A stretch of DNA of 64,000 bases, from the IMG/VR virus record IMGVR_UViG_3300030085_001980; one strand, given 5' to 3'. The DNA is from a virus. Position 1 is the stretch's first letter. The number at the start of each line of letters is the position of its first letter. The notes under the pieces are model-generated. The model worked only from the letters and a program-made list of their open reading frames with translations. It did no database searches and was not told where the DNA came from. The position numbers and the translations under genes were made by a program. Shown here piece by piece: positions 19,849 to 29,300 of this stretch.

Positions 19849-21384
19849 TTAGAACTCTACTACGATCTTAATGTCTTCAATTTGGTCACCAGCACGGGAG
19901 ATCGCTCTCCTATTGTCTATATAGATCACTTTTCCAGAGTCCTTTTTGACTTCTGGTTTTGCATAACCAGAGGTAAATGACATACCCAAATCGTACTCAG
20001 TGTTGTTAATAACACGAGTTGCTTCACCTGGGACAACTGGGAAGTTGATGTCAGGGTCAACAGACGTACCAGAACCAGAACCCACGATGGTGTTACCACC
20101 TGAGAACTCAACCTTGTTTCCAGAAATTTCGGGGAAGATACCGTCAACTCTGTTCTGATAGAACTTCAGAACTTTAGTAACAGAGTTCCAAGAAACAACA
20201 CGACCACGAGCAGTCACTTGTTGACCACCCACCGTACGAGTCTGTGTAATAATTTCGTCAGTGTTAAACGAACCTGTGAAATCTGGTGAGAAAATCACAG
20301 CGTTTGTAGCAGAAAGTGTAATAGCATCTGCTAATTCTTCTGTACCGTACTTAAGCGGGTTCAGAACCAAACCAATACGACGATAGTCGTTATCAGTTGG
20401 GAAGTCTCCAGAACCTTCAGAGTAGGTAAATTTGGTGTTGATCATTACACGGAAACCACCCATCTCAATTTGAGGGGAGGAACCGTGACCACCTTTAGGG
20501 GGAATGATAACGTCGATGGCACCACCAGATCCAGTACCAGCACCGATACCGTTCACTTCATCAATGATGACCTTACCGAATGAGTAGTTAGATCCACCAG
20601 ATGTAACAGTAGCAGATACGATCTTACCACCGTCAACAACAATAGAGATACGACCACCAGTTCCATCACCCTTGAGGGGTACGTTCTCATAGGTGCCGTT
20701 GTTGTATCCAGAACCAGAAGACTGAATAACAACAGTATCGATTTCACCACCAACAGCGTCGGACTGAACTGCAGTATCAACCAAGACAGGCATATAGTCT
20801 GCCGAGAAGAACTTCAGCACCTGTCCCACAGGGATGGTGTACATATACTTCCAACGATAACCATCAGCGGTTGTAATGATGGAAGTGGACGTACCAGTAG
20901 GTTCAACGGTGGAAGGCTTACCGTTGGGGTCTGCAGGAGACGTACCGTTGTAAATGCACTTATAGCACTGATACGAGGAGTTCACCACGTAGAAGTCTGC
21001 ATCATACAGTTTGGTAGCACCAGAAGATGCAGTTTTAGAGGATGAGTAGTCGTGACGATACATATCGTACACATAACCCAAACCACCAGTGGTTTGCTCA
21101 GGGGGAATCCAGTCAATACGACGGATAACTTGGATAGCGTCATTCGCAAGAACGCGCTTCATCGAAATCATATCGTCGTATGAATCCGAAAACTCCTGAA
21201 AGGAATCGATAGGAGTTGGAGGATTATTCTCGTTATCCCATTCTTGAGGACGCCCAATGTAAACATACAGACGATCTCGATTCGCTCCAGCAGCTACGTC
21301 ACTCTGAGTTTTATCAGGACCTTCGAGGGACTTGATAAAACGCTCAGCGGTAAAAATTCTAAATTGATCGGTTAGTAGTGCCAT
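19849..21384 (-). CDS. gp8: Baseplate wedge subunit
   Basis: LLTDQFRIFTA, VNSSYQCYKCIYNG, DGYRWKYMYTI, YIDNR. Confidence 0.9.
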   Translation of the reverse strand: MALLTDQFRIFTAERFIKSLEGPDKTQSDVAAGANRDRLYVYIGRPQEWDNENNPPTPIDSFQEFSDSYDDMISMKRVLANDAIQVIRRIDWIPPEQTTGGLGYVYDMYRHDYSSSKTASSGATKLYDADFYVVNSSYQCYKCIYNGTSPADPNGKPSTVEPTGTSTSIITTADGYRWKYMYTIPVGQVLKFFSADYMPVLVDTAVQSDAVGGEIDTVVIQSSGSGYNNGTYENVPLKGDGTGGRISIVVDGGKIVSATVTSGGSNYSFGKVIIDEVNGIGAGTGSGGAIDVIIPPKGGHGSSPQIEMGGFRVMINTKFTYSEGSGDFPTDNDYRRIGLVLNPLKYGTEELADAITLSATNAVIFSPDFTGSFNTDEIITQTRTVGGQQVTARGRVVSWNSVTKVLKFYQNRVDGIFPEISGNKVEFSGGNTIVGSGSGTSVDPDINFPVVPGEATRVINNTEYDLGMSFTSGYAKPEVKKDSGKVIYIDNRRAISRAGDQIEDIKIVVEF

Positions 21385-21406
21385 TGGACAGTTTCTGCCT
21401 TCTCTT

Positions 21407-21414
21407 TATTTATA
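21407..21414 (-). promoter_or_regulatory. T4 late promoter TATAAATA
   Basis: Perfect consensus upstream of gp8. Confidence 0.85.
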
Positions 21415-21418
21415 GTGG

Positions 21419-23290
21419 TTAGTCAGGTTCGTTTCTGACGTACGTTGGATAGTTGATAAATTGAATCACACCTTGAGCGCCAGTAGACCCTCCAGTAATA
21501 TTTTCATTCTTGTTCCAGAGGTAATTACCAGCATTAGGTGTGGGATTGTTCACTAGCAACGTTTTAGTTGCAGAGTTCCAACTCACCACAGTTCCAGTAA
21601 TGCCACTGACACTTCCAGTTACCGTTTCGGAAACTGAGAAGTTGTAAGCATTGTTCATAGTTCTAAAGATGAACTCAACCAATACAGGGTGTTCATCACC
21701 ATCACCAAGTGCACCAGCAGTTGCTACTGTTGGAGACTTTGTTGGAATGGATGCATCAGCCATCTGATCACCAACTTGGAACAGTGACGTGTTTTGACCA
21801 CCCAAAGTCTCTTCAATGCCGTACAGTGAAACAGCAATTCCACCATCGAGACTAATTTCACCTTCAAAATCAGTTCCCGTATTGATAAGATCGGGAATAC
21901 CATCACCAGCACCATCTAGTTCATCATCATCTTCAAACTTTCTGTCCTGAATCAAACCAATGGGGTCTGTTAACTGAACAATGTTGTCACCAATAGACTC
22001 TAAAAGTACGTGTGGTTCTACACCAGTAGTAGATGCTCCAGCAACACCACCGCTAAAGTCAATAACTTGTGTGGTTACATTTGAGTTTCCACCATCAATG
22101 AATGCTAGTTCATCAACTTCAAAGACCAGGAAGAGTGCTCTCTCCTCAGGTCTCCAGTCATAAACACGAGCAATTTTGTTACCAGAACTTTCGTCAGTAC
22201 GTACAAGACGATCACCAACGTTGAAAGTATATTGAGAAACACCAAATTGGTCATCCGCAAGGTTATCAACTAGAACCTTTTGATCATATCTAAAGTTGAT
22301 AGCACGATCACAACCAGTGAAAGACGAAGATGTCTTGCCTGTATATCTGATCACCTCTCTTCCGATGAGAATCTTACCAGAACCAGCGTACGGTGCCGTA
22401 GTCTCAACAAAAATGGTTGTATCTGAAATGCTAACAGGAGCAATCAGACCAGTGATGTTATATACAAATGAGTTATAAGATTGCCTATTTCTAGACTTTT
22501 TAACTAGGTCAGTTTTTCTGGTGAAAAGAACTTGAGGTGCAGAAGAGTACCCACCACCAGGATCCAGAATATCAATACCTGTAATGGCACCAAGATCAAC
22601 AGTAGCTTGTGCTCTGGCTCCACCACCGCCACCACCACTAAGAAGAATAACAGGGGGCGTTTTGAAATACTCACCAGGATTTGAGATATTAATCCTTTTG
22701 ATAATACCGAACTCGTCAACGTCAGCAACGCCTGTAGCACCGCGTCCACCACCTCCAGAAATGATAATGTTAATGTCACCATTCTCATAGTTTGCACCTG
22801 GTTCTTCTAATGAGAGACCAGTAACCAAACCAACAACAGGACGAAGTTCAGCACCAGAACCACCACCACCTTCAATTACAGCAGTAGTTTCATCACTAAA
22901 ATACTGGTCTCCATTGGACAGCATTTGAATGTACTGAATGGATCCAGCAGGTGCTAATAAGTTGCCACCAGAATCATACTGATCTTGTTCCCAAAGAACT
23001 GCCTTTGCCTCGGCACCATATCCATCACCACTCGTAGTGAGTGTAATCCTAAATGGATCATAACCTTCGCCAGGATCCAACACCTTTACAGCAGCAATCT
23101 GTCCATTCTTAATGATTGGTTCTAAGATTGCTGTTCTGAGAGGTGTTCCACAATTTGAGACTGTAAGTTCTGGCGGATCAGATTCGACATAACCTGAACC
23201 ACCATCTATTACATATACGTCTCTAATACCATACGTACTATTAAAGACGGGTTCAATAACCGCGCCTGCTCCTGGGACTACTCTCGTCAT
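21419..23290 (-). CDS. Baseplate-associated structural protein (623 aa)
   Basis: I.V..GGSGY...P repeats shared with gp7; located in the baseplate cluster. Confidence 0.75.
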   Translation of the reverse strand: MTRVVPGAGAVIEPVFNSTYGIRDVYVIDGGSGYVESDPPELTVSNCGTPLRTAILEPIIKNGQIAAVKVLDPGEGYDPFRITLTTSGDGYGAEAKAVLWEQDQYDSGGNLLAPAGSIQYIQMLSNGDQYFSDETTAVIEGGGGSGAELRPVVGLVTGLSLEEPGANYENGDINIIISGGGGRGATGVADVDEFGIIKRINISNPGEYFKTPPVILLSGGGGGGARAQATVDLGAITGIDILDPGGGYSSAPQVLFTRKTDLVKKSRNRQSYNSFVYNITGLIAPVSISDTTIFVETTAPYAGSGKILIGREVIRYTGKTSSSFTGCDRAINFRYDQKVLVDNLADDQFGVSQYTFNVGDRLVRTDESSGNKIARVYDWRPEERALFLVFEVDELAFIDGGNSNVTTQVIDFSGGVAGASTTGVEPHVLLESIGDNIVQLTDPIGLIQDRKFEDDDELDGAGDGIPDLINTGTDFEGEISLDGGIAVSLYGIEETLGGQNTSLFQVGDQMADASIPTKSPTVATAGALGDGDEHPVLVEFIFRTMNNAYNFSVSETVTGSVSGITGTVVSWNSATKTLLVNNPTPNAGNYLWNKNENITGGSTGAQGVIQFINYPTYVRNEPD

Positions 23291-23293
23291 TTA

Positions 23294-24973
23294 TCACCTA
23301 ATATCAAGGGTACCGTTCATAGAAGAGTGGATGGTGCACTGATAATACAGTGTGGCGGGCGCATCCATAGGAACTACAAAAGTTTGAGCACCAGTTGTGG
23401 ATCCAGTAAGACCAGTGGTGTAAGCAGTGCCACTAAGACCAGTAGTAGACTGAATTCTCAGAGGATGGCTACCACCTGAAAGGTTGTGGAAGACATAGGT
23501 GAATCCACGATAAAGAACCAAGGTAGGATCAGAAGATCCAGATGCTGGGAGACCAGGACCTTGTACGTTGTAATCAGAACTACCAGCACCACTGAATCTA
23601 TAAAGAAGTGCGGGAGATGGTTTGTGGATAGTTGCGTTATCGTGTCCTTTAATGATCGATGATCCTACAGGAGCATTGTTGATCTGACGACGGAATCCTT
23701 GGTCAGCGTCTTGGAACGTAGTGCCATCGTTAGCAACTTGAATTTCACCATTGGTGTCCAACTTGATACGCTTTGTACCAATCTTAATTTCTGCACTGTC
23801 AGGAAGTTCCAAGTTGTTGGAAGCATCCATCGAGAGTTTCTTAGTTCCACCAGAACCGAAACGAATTTCAGCGTTCTCTGGAACCTCAAGGTTACCACTG
23901 TTATCAAACTTGAGTGCCTTAGAAGCATCACCACCAAAGCGGATGTCAGTACCAGCAGCAAGATCGAGGTTACCACTACCGTCTATAGCAATGACTTTAG
24001 TGCTCGCCTGATCACCAAAGCGAATAGAACTATTAGAAGGCAGTTCCAAGATGCCATCACCGTCGATTTTCATCGAACGACCAGCACCAAAGTTAAGTTC
24101 CTGACCACCGAGGTCAACTTTACCTGCTTCGTCTTCAGAGACGATGCGGTTCATCGAACTAATCTTCAGAGCAGAAGTGGTGTTGAGGTCTGTGCTAGAA
24201 GATGCCCCAGCAGTAGACACCCTAATAAAACCACGAGCACCAGCATTCTCGGCAGTGAAGTCAGTAAAATCTGCATCAATTTTTGCACCTGTCGCGTCCT
24301 CAATTTCAAGTTTGGTGCCTGCCTTCATAGCACTGAAGCGAACACGGAACTTCTCTTCCTGAGTGGAATCTTCAGACGCCAGTTTCGAGCTGATTGTACG
24401 TGTTGCACCAGTGTCAATAGACTGAACAGTGTGATGCTGTCTCTTTCTACGAGTAATTTCTTGAGTTACATTATCAGTAGAAAGACCAGTGTCATCCAAC
24501 CAAATGGTAGATGCACTCAGATACAGATCACGGAACTTGAGAGAAGACGAACCAAGATCGTACGTGCTGTCACTGTTAGGCAAAAAGTGTGTATCGATAA
24601 CAACGTTACCAGAACCGTTGTTAGACAGGTTGGTGATCGAGGAGCCCCCACCCCCACCACCTTGCAAGTCATCGCCTGGTTGGAATCTGTTGTTAGCATC
24701 ATTCCACTTCAGAACCTGACCGTTGGTAATACCAGCCAGGTCAACGTTTGACATATCGCCAATCGCTAGTTGACCTTCAGTAAATACCGAACCGTTCCAC
24801 TTCAGGACTTGGTTGGTAGAGGGAGACCCGACGCTAATTTGCAGATTAGTATTGTCTCCAAGCTGAGCATACAGCTCGTTGAAAACATTATTAATCTTAA
24901 TTGCACCGTCTCTTAGAGTATCGCCTGTTCCGTCATTTGCGGATACACCGACGTTTACATTCTGCTTTGCCAT
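23294..24973 (-). CDS. gp9: gp9/gp10-like baseplate-fibre connector with C-terminal cupredoxin-like domain
   Basis: N-terminal AKQNVNVG..ANDGTGDTLRDGA.KIN..F.ELY; C-terminal H...C-x2-H-x2-M. Confidence 0.7.
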   Translation of the reverse strand: MAKQNVNVGVSANDGTGDTLRDGAIKINNVFNELYAQLGDNTNLQISVGSPSTNQVLKWNGSVFTEGQLAIGDMSNVDLAGITNGQVLKWNDANNRFQPGDDLQGGGGGGSSITNLSNNGSGNVVIDTHFLPNSDSTYDLGSSSLKFRDLYLSASTIWLDDTGLSTDNVTQEITRRKRQHHTVQSIDTGATRTISSKLASEDSTQEEKFRVRFSAMKAGTKLEIEDATGAKIDADFTDFTAENAGARGFIRVSTAGASSSTDLNTTSALKISSMNRIVSEDEAGKVDLGGQELNFGAGRSMKIDGDGILELPSNSSIRFGDQASTKVIAIDGSGNLDLAAGTDIRFGGDASKALKFDNSGNLEVPENAEIRFGSGGTKKLSMDASNNLELPDSAEIKIGTKRIKLDTNGEIQVANDGTTFQDADQGFRRQINNAPVGSSIIKGHDNATIHKPSPALLYRFSGAGSSDYNVQGPGLPASGSSDPTLVLYRGFTYVFHNLSGGSHPLRIQSTTGLSGTAYTTGLTGSTTGAQTFVVPMDAPATLYYQCTIHSSMNGTLDIR

Positions 24974-24997
24974 AATGGGGGGTCTTTTCTACAGTTG

Positions 24998-25005
24998 TAT
25001 TTATG
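24998..25005 (-). promoter_or_regulatory. Late promoter variant CATAAATA
   Basis: Upstream of ATG 24973. Confidence 0.6.
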
Positions 25006-26374
25006 TCATATCAAAGTTTTCTGACGTGTTGTCGAAGAATAAGTTCGACCTCGTAAAGTCAGGATTGTTATTGTCTCTGTCGAATTCGACAGGAGTCATA
25101 TCGTACTTACCAATACTATTGTCAAATTTTAAGATAGAGGAATAATCAATAGTAGTTCCACTACCTGTTACGGTAAGAATTGCCAGGTTGGATGATAGTG
25201 GTGAATTAACCGCTTGTTGAGCGCCACCAGCAGGACCTGTCAAAATAACTCTATATCTGTAACCCGTCATAAATGACAGGGCAGTGATAGTTAGTTGTGA
25301 TTCGTTTGCACCAATAATGTTTGACCAGGCAAATCCACCATCCGTAGATACTTGCCACTGATAATTGATCGTACCATTCTCTGGTTCGATAGTTGCAGCC
25401 ACATTAAATTGTTGTGTATTACCAGAGGTCACAGTCGCGTTGGTTGGTTGACTACCAATAACCAGAGAAAGTGGATCGTCAGATCCACCTCCACTGTCCC
25501 CGCCACCAGAATCCTCAACAATAGCAACGAACCCGTTATTATCGGGTATCACTTGTGCTTGTTTAGACGTACTACCCACCATAAATGGGAATACGGGATC
25601 ACCATTAGTATCTTCTGTAAGGAAATATGCCCAAGTTCCACTAGGGAACTCTGGGGTCACACAGTATCTACCATTGTGCACATCAAGCTTTCCAGTACCA
25701 CCAATGTACTCCCAGTCTTCCATAAACACACCTGCTGGGTACTGTGCTCCATAAGCAGGTCTACCTGGGGATGCTTCTGCCCTAACGGCATATCCTGACT
25801 CCATCCTTATTGGAGGAGTAGTGTTGTCATTGGAATCTGTATAACCATAGGGTCCATAAACAGGATACCCATCAAAGCAGAAACCAATAATTTTTGAGTG
25901 TCCGTCAGGATGACGGGTATTGTCTCCATTGAACTGAGACGTACCATAATAATCGTTGTAACCAGCGATTGCTTGGTTTGCATTCCAACAATCTAAGAGG
26001 TCGCCGTCCCTATAAGAATACTGACCACTTTGCTCAGGACGACCGCCACAACTATCTTCTCCGCGGCTAATAGACTGATTAGGACCAGCTGCCACGTAGG
26101 TAAATCCTTGCGGCGGGCTACCGCTAGTTCCACCACTAGGATTAAAGATGGCAACACCGTTTGCAGCGATACCAACAATACCCACACTGAAAGCCCCACT
26201 ATCACTCGTGTTTTCTCCACCTCTGTAAGTGAAGGCGTGATTGAAAGTATAAGGGGATATAGTGTTGGCATTATTAGCATTGGGAAAGGTACCATTAGTT
26301 ACAGGTGTTGGTAAACCATTACCTGTAACCGTTAGCACTTTCGTGGCTGGATTGTAAGAACCTTCTGCTGCCAT
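25001..26374 (-). CDS. YHYH-domain protein with C-terminal Ig-like domain
   Basis: HSKIIGFCFDGYPVYGPYGY, LDVHNGRYCVTPEFP.GTWAYF; Ig strands YQWQ...YRYRV. Confidence 0.8.
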   Translation of the reverse strand: MAAEGSYNPATKVLTVTGNGLPTPVTNGTFPNANNANTISPYTFNHAFTYRGGENTSDSGAFSVGIVGIAANGVAIFNPSGGTSGSPPQGFTYVAAGPNQSISRGEDSCGGRPEQSGQYSYRDGDLLDCWNANQAIAGYNDYYGTSQFNGDNTRHPDGHSKIIGFCFDGYPVYGPYGYTDSNDNTTPPIRMESGYAVRAEASPGRPAYGAQYPAGVFMEDWEYIGGTGKLDVHNGRYCVTPEFPSGTWAYFLTEDTNGDPVFPFMVGSTSKQAQVIPDNNGFVAIVEDSGGGDSGGGSDDPLSLVIGSQPTNATVTSGNTQQFNVAATIEPENGTINYQWQVSTDGGFAWSNIIGANESQLTITALSFMTGYRYRVILTGPAGGAQQAVNSPLSSNLAILTVTGSGTTIDYSSILKFDNSIGKYDMTPVEFDRDNNNPDFTRSNLFFDNTSENFDMT

Positions 26375-26387
26375 CTGCTTTTTTAAC

Positions 26388-26395
26388 TATTTAGT
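26388..26395 (-). promoter_or_regulatory. Late promoter variant ACTAAATA
   Basis: Overlaps the gp7 stop, upstream of ATG 26374. Confidence 0.5.
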
Positions 26396-29300
26396 TGTCG
26401 TCGAAGATCTGTGTTGGAGTGAAGTTGTCGATAACGGTAGCACCGATGTTGACGTTGAGGACCGCTGCCTGAGACAGGATCGGAACGGCACCAGCTGATG
26501 TAATACCGCAACGGAACTCGTCACGATCGTCACCTTGCGTTGCCGCGTTGGTGATGTACGTGGCGCTGGTTGCACCTGCGATGTTAGTCCAGGTGTTTGT
26601 TCCGTAGTCCTTCTTCTGCCACTGATAGGACAGAGAACCGTTGTTGACGTTGATTGCGTTGCCCATCTTGCTGTGGTTACCACAGACGTAGTAGAGAGTT
26701 GCAGGTGCGTCATCAGCAACTGTGATTTCAACGCTGCGTTGTGATGCCTCGTTGAATCCTGCTGCATATGCTGCGTAGTCTGCAACAGCGACGTTGTTAA
26801 GTTTGTAAACAACGCCAGTCTCATATCTGTCAGTTCCACCGTAAGCGGTCTCAGTCTCAGAGAAGTAGATCTGGTGCGTGGAGTTAGATGCCTCGTTCTG
26901 GTTGAATCTGTACGTAGCACCTCTAACAAAACTGAATTGAGGAGATTCAGTATTCTGCGAGAACTGACCACCGATAACGTAGTAACCTTTGCTAGATCCA
27001 TCATTGTAATAAGGATGGTTAACACTCTTATTATCAACGGTGACGGTGTAAGGAACCACGTTAGAGATCGTGACACCAGCAGAAACCGTGAACGCCGCAG
27101 TCTGACCTTGGTTGACCGTGAGACTCAAAGGTTGTTGAGTGATGCTGATGAAGTTCTCAATGGTGCCAGTACCACCAGTTTCAGGAATGAAGTTAGGATC
27201 GTAAATGTCAATACCGCCATTCAGTGCGGGACCTGTGGGTCCAAGGAAATCATCTGCAACTGTTGTGTTAGCAGTAATCTTGGGAAGTACGTAACCCTGA
27301 CCAGAGTTTGCAACGTCAATGCGTGCAACACCAACCAGTGCCTTAACACGACCACCAAAACCAGAGGAAGAAACAACATCAACCTGCGGGCGAGAATCGT
27401 AACCATCACCAGAACTTGTCAGAATTGACTCGGTAATGCGACCACTCTCAATCTCTGCCAATGCTTGAGCACCACGACCTTGAACAGCGCCCGAGTATTC
27501 AAACGTGATCAGGGAGTTGGAAGATTCAATCAGAGCAACAGTTCTGGTCTCTTCTTCACCTTCGATGATCAGATTATCACCTGCTTCAATCGGAGGAACG
27601 ACAGTTGCCGCGATAACGTCAACGTCAGAACCGATGTAGGAGAAGGCAACGAAGGTTGAACCTGCGCGAGGAATCTCAGAGAAGATGATTCTAGAACCAA
27701 CGATCTCGAAACCAATTCCAGGTTCCTGAATAACACCGTTCAACTGACAGATGATGTTGTTTTCAGGGAGAATAGTATTGGACTGTACACCGTCAGTCAG
27801 TGTAAGCGAGTAGAACACACCATTAAGTTTCAAGTTGAAGGAGTTCCTCAACGAGTCGAAGTCGAAGGAGATGTCATCCAACTGACGCAGTTTGCCCATA
27901 TAGACACCGTGGAAGGTGGATCCAACAGCAGGTGCTTCAGTGAACTGGATGTTGTCAGAGAATGCGGTGAAGGAGTAGTCTGCACCAGGAGGTTGGAGGA
28001 TACCGTTCACGAAGATCATCATATGACCTGCGGGATCGGGGAAGTATGAAGTTCCGTTATCCTGAGTAAGTTTGAAGTTGGTTTGAACACCGTCGAAACC
28101 TCTGAAGTAACGACGTACGCGACCACGGAGGTATCTTGCATTCGAGCAAGCACCACGGAATCCTTTGTCACCAATGATCTGAGCATTCTTTTGGAATGTT
28201 CCTTGAGTTCCCTCCAGTGCCAATACAGCGCGTGTACCAAACTGTGTGATCTTAGCGATCTTACCGTATGCAGATGTTGCAGTAATAGTTACTGCTCCTG
28301 CCTGGGTATATACAGACGGGAATAGGGATCCAGGTGGAATCTTCGCGAGTGTGTACGTAGAGTTGCTTGCAATATCATTAATAGTGACACCCTCAGGTGC
28401 ACCAGTGATATTACACAGATATACGTAGTTGTTATTAGTATCAAGTTCAGTCACGGTTGCAGTCCAACCAACTTGAATACCACCATTGAGGATTTGGATA
28501 GTGTCACCAACCTCAAAGGTATCAACAACACCAGTATCAGTGATCAACTGTCCATATGTAATGCGAGTGATGTCTCTACCGTGTACGTACTCACCGAAGT
28601 TGGGAAGAGTCTGGAAGGATTCGATCTCAATAATCTGATCGGTAACAGAACCGTAGATAACGTCTTGAGGTTTGAATTCTCCTGTGACAGTCTCAATATC
28701 GAAAGTAATACGACCTGCCTGATTATCAAGCAGTGCACCGTTGTTATTTCTAACAATAAGAGCAGTTGCTTTACTGCTAGTGTTGACAGAGAAGATCTTG
28801 TCTGTAGCAATAAACTTACCTTGACGGAAGTTGACCAGGATTCTATCGTGCTCAGTGACGTAATCAGCAGTTGCACCAGTAGTTACCCCTTCAAGGGTAT
28901 TGCCAGCGGTAAATGTTCCTTGAGGTGCAAGCAACTTAATGTAAGTTGCGTTGTCGGTTGCAAGGATTGTACCAGTATTAGAGGTAGCACCCTGAACCAC
29001 GACAGTTTCACCGTTCTGGAAGGAAAGACCACCAACTGTTGCAGCAGAGAAGTTGTTGAGTGCCAGATACTTGACCTGGTACATAATCTCAGCAAGATTA
29101 TCCTCAACACGTACGATTTCTGCGTAAGCACCAGTTGTAGCACCGTAGATAACGTCTGCGAGATCCATACCAGAGTTGACTGGGGTAGGAATCTCACGAA
29201 TACCATAAGTGATGGGAACACGATCAACACCAGCATCTCTTTCAACTTCCAGAGTATGAATCTGAGAAGGTGTGCCAGCAGTCAGTTCACGTACTTCACC

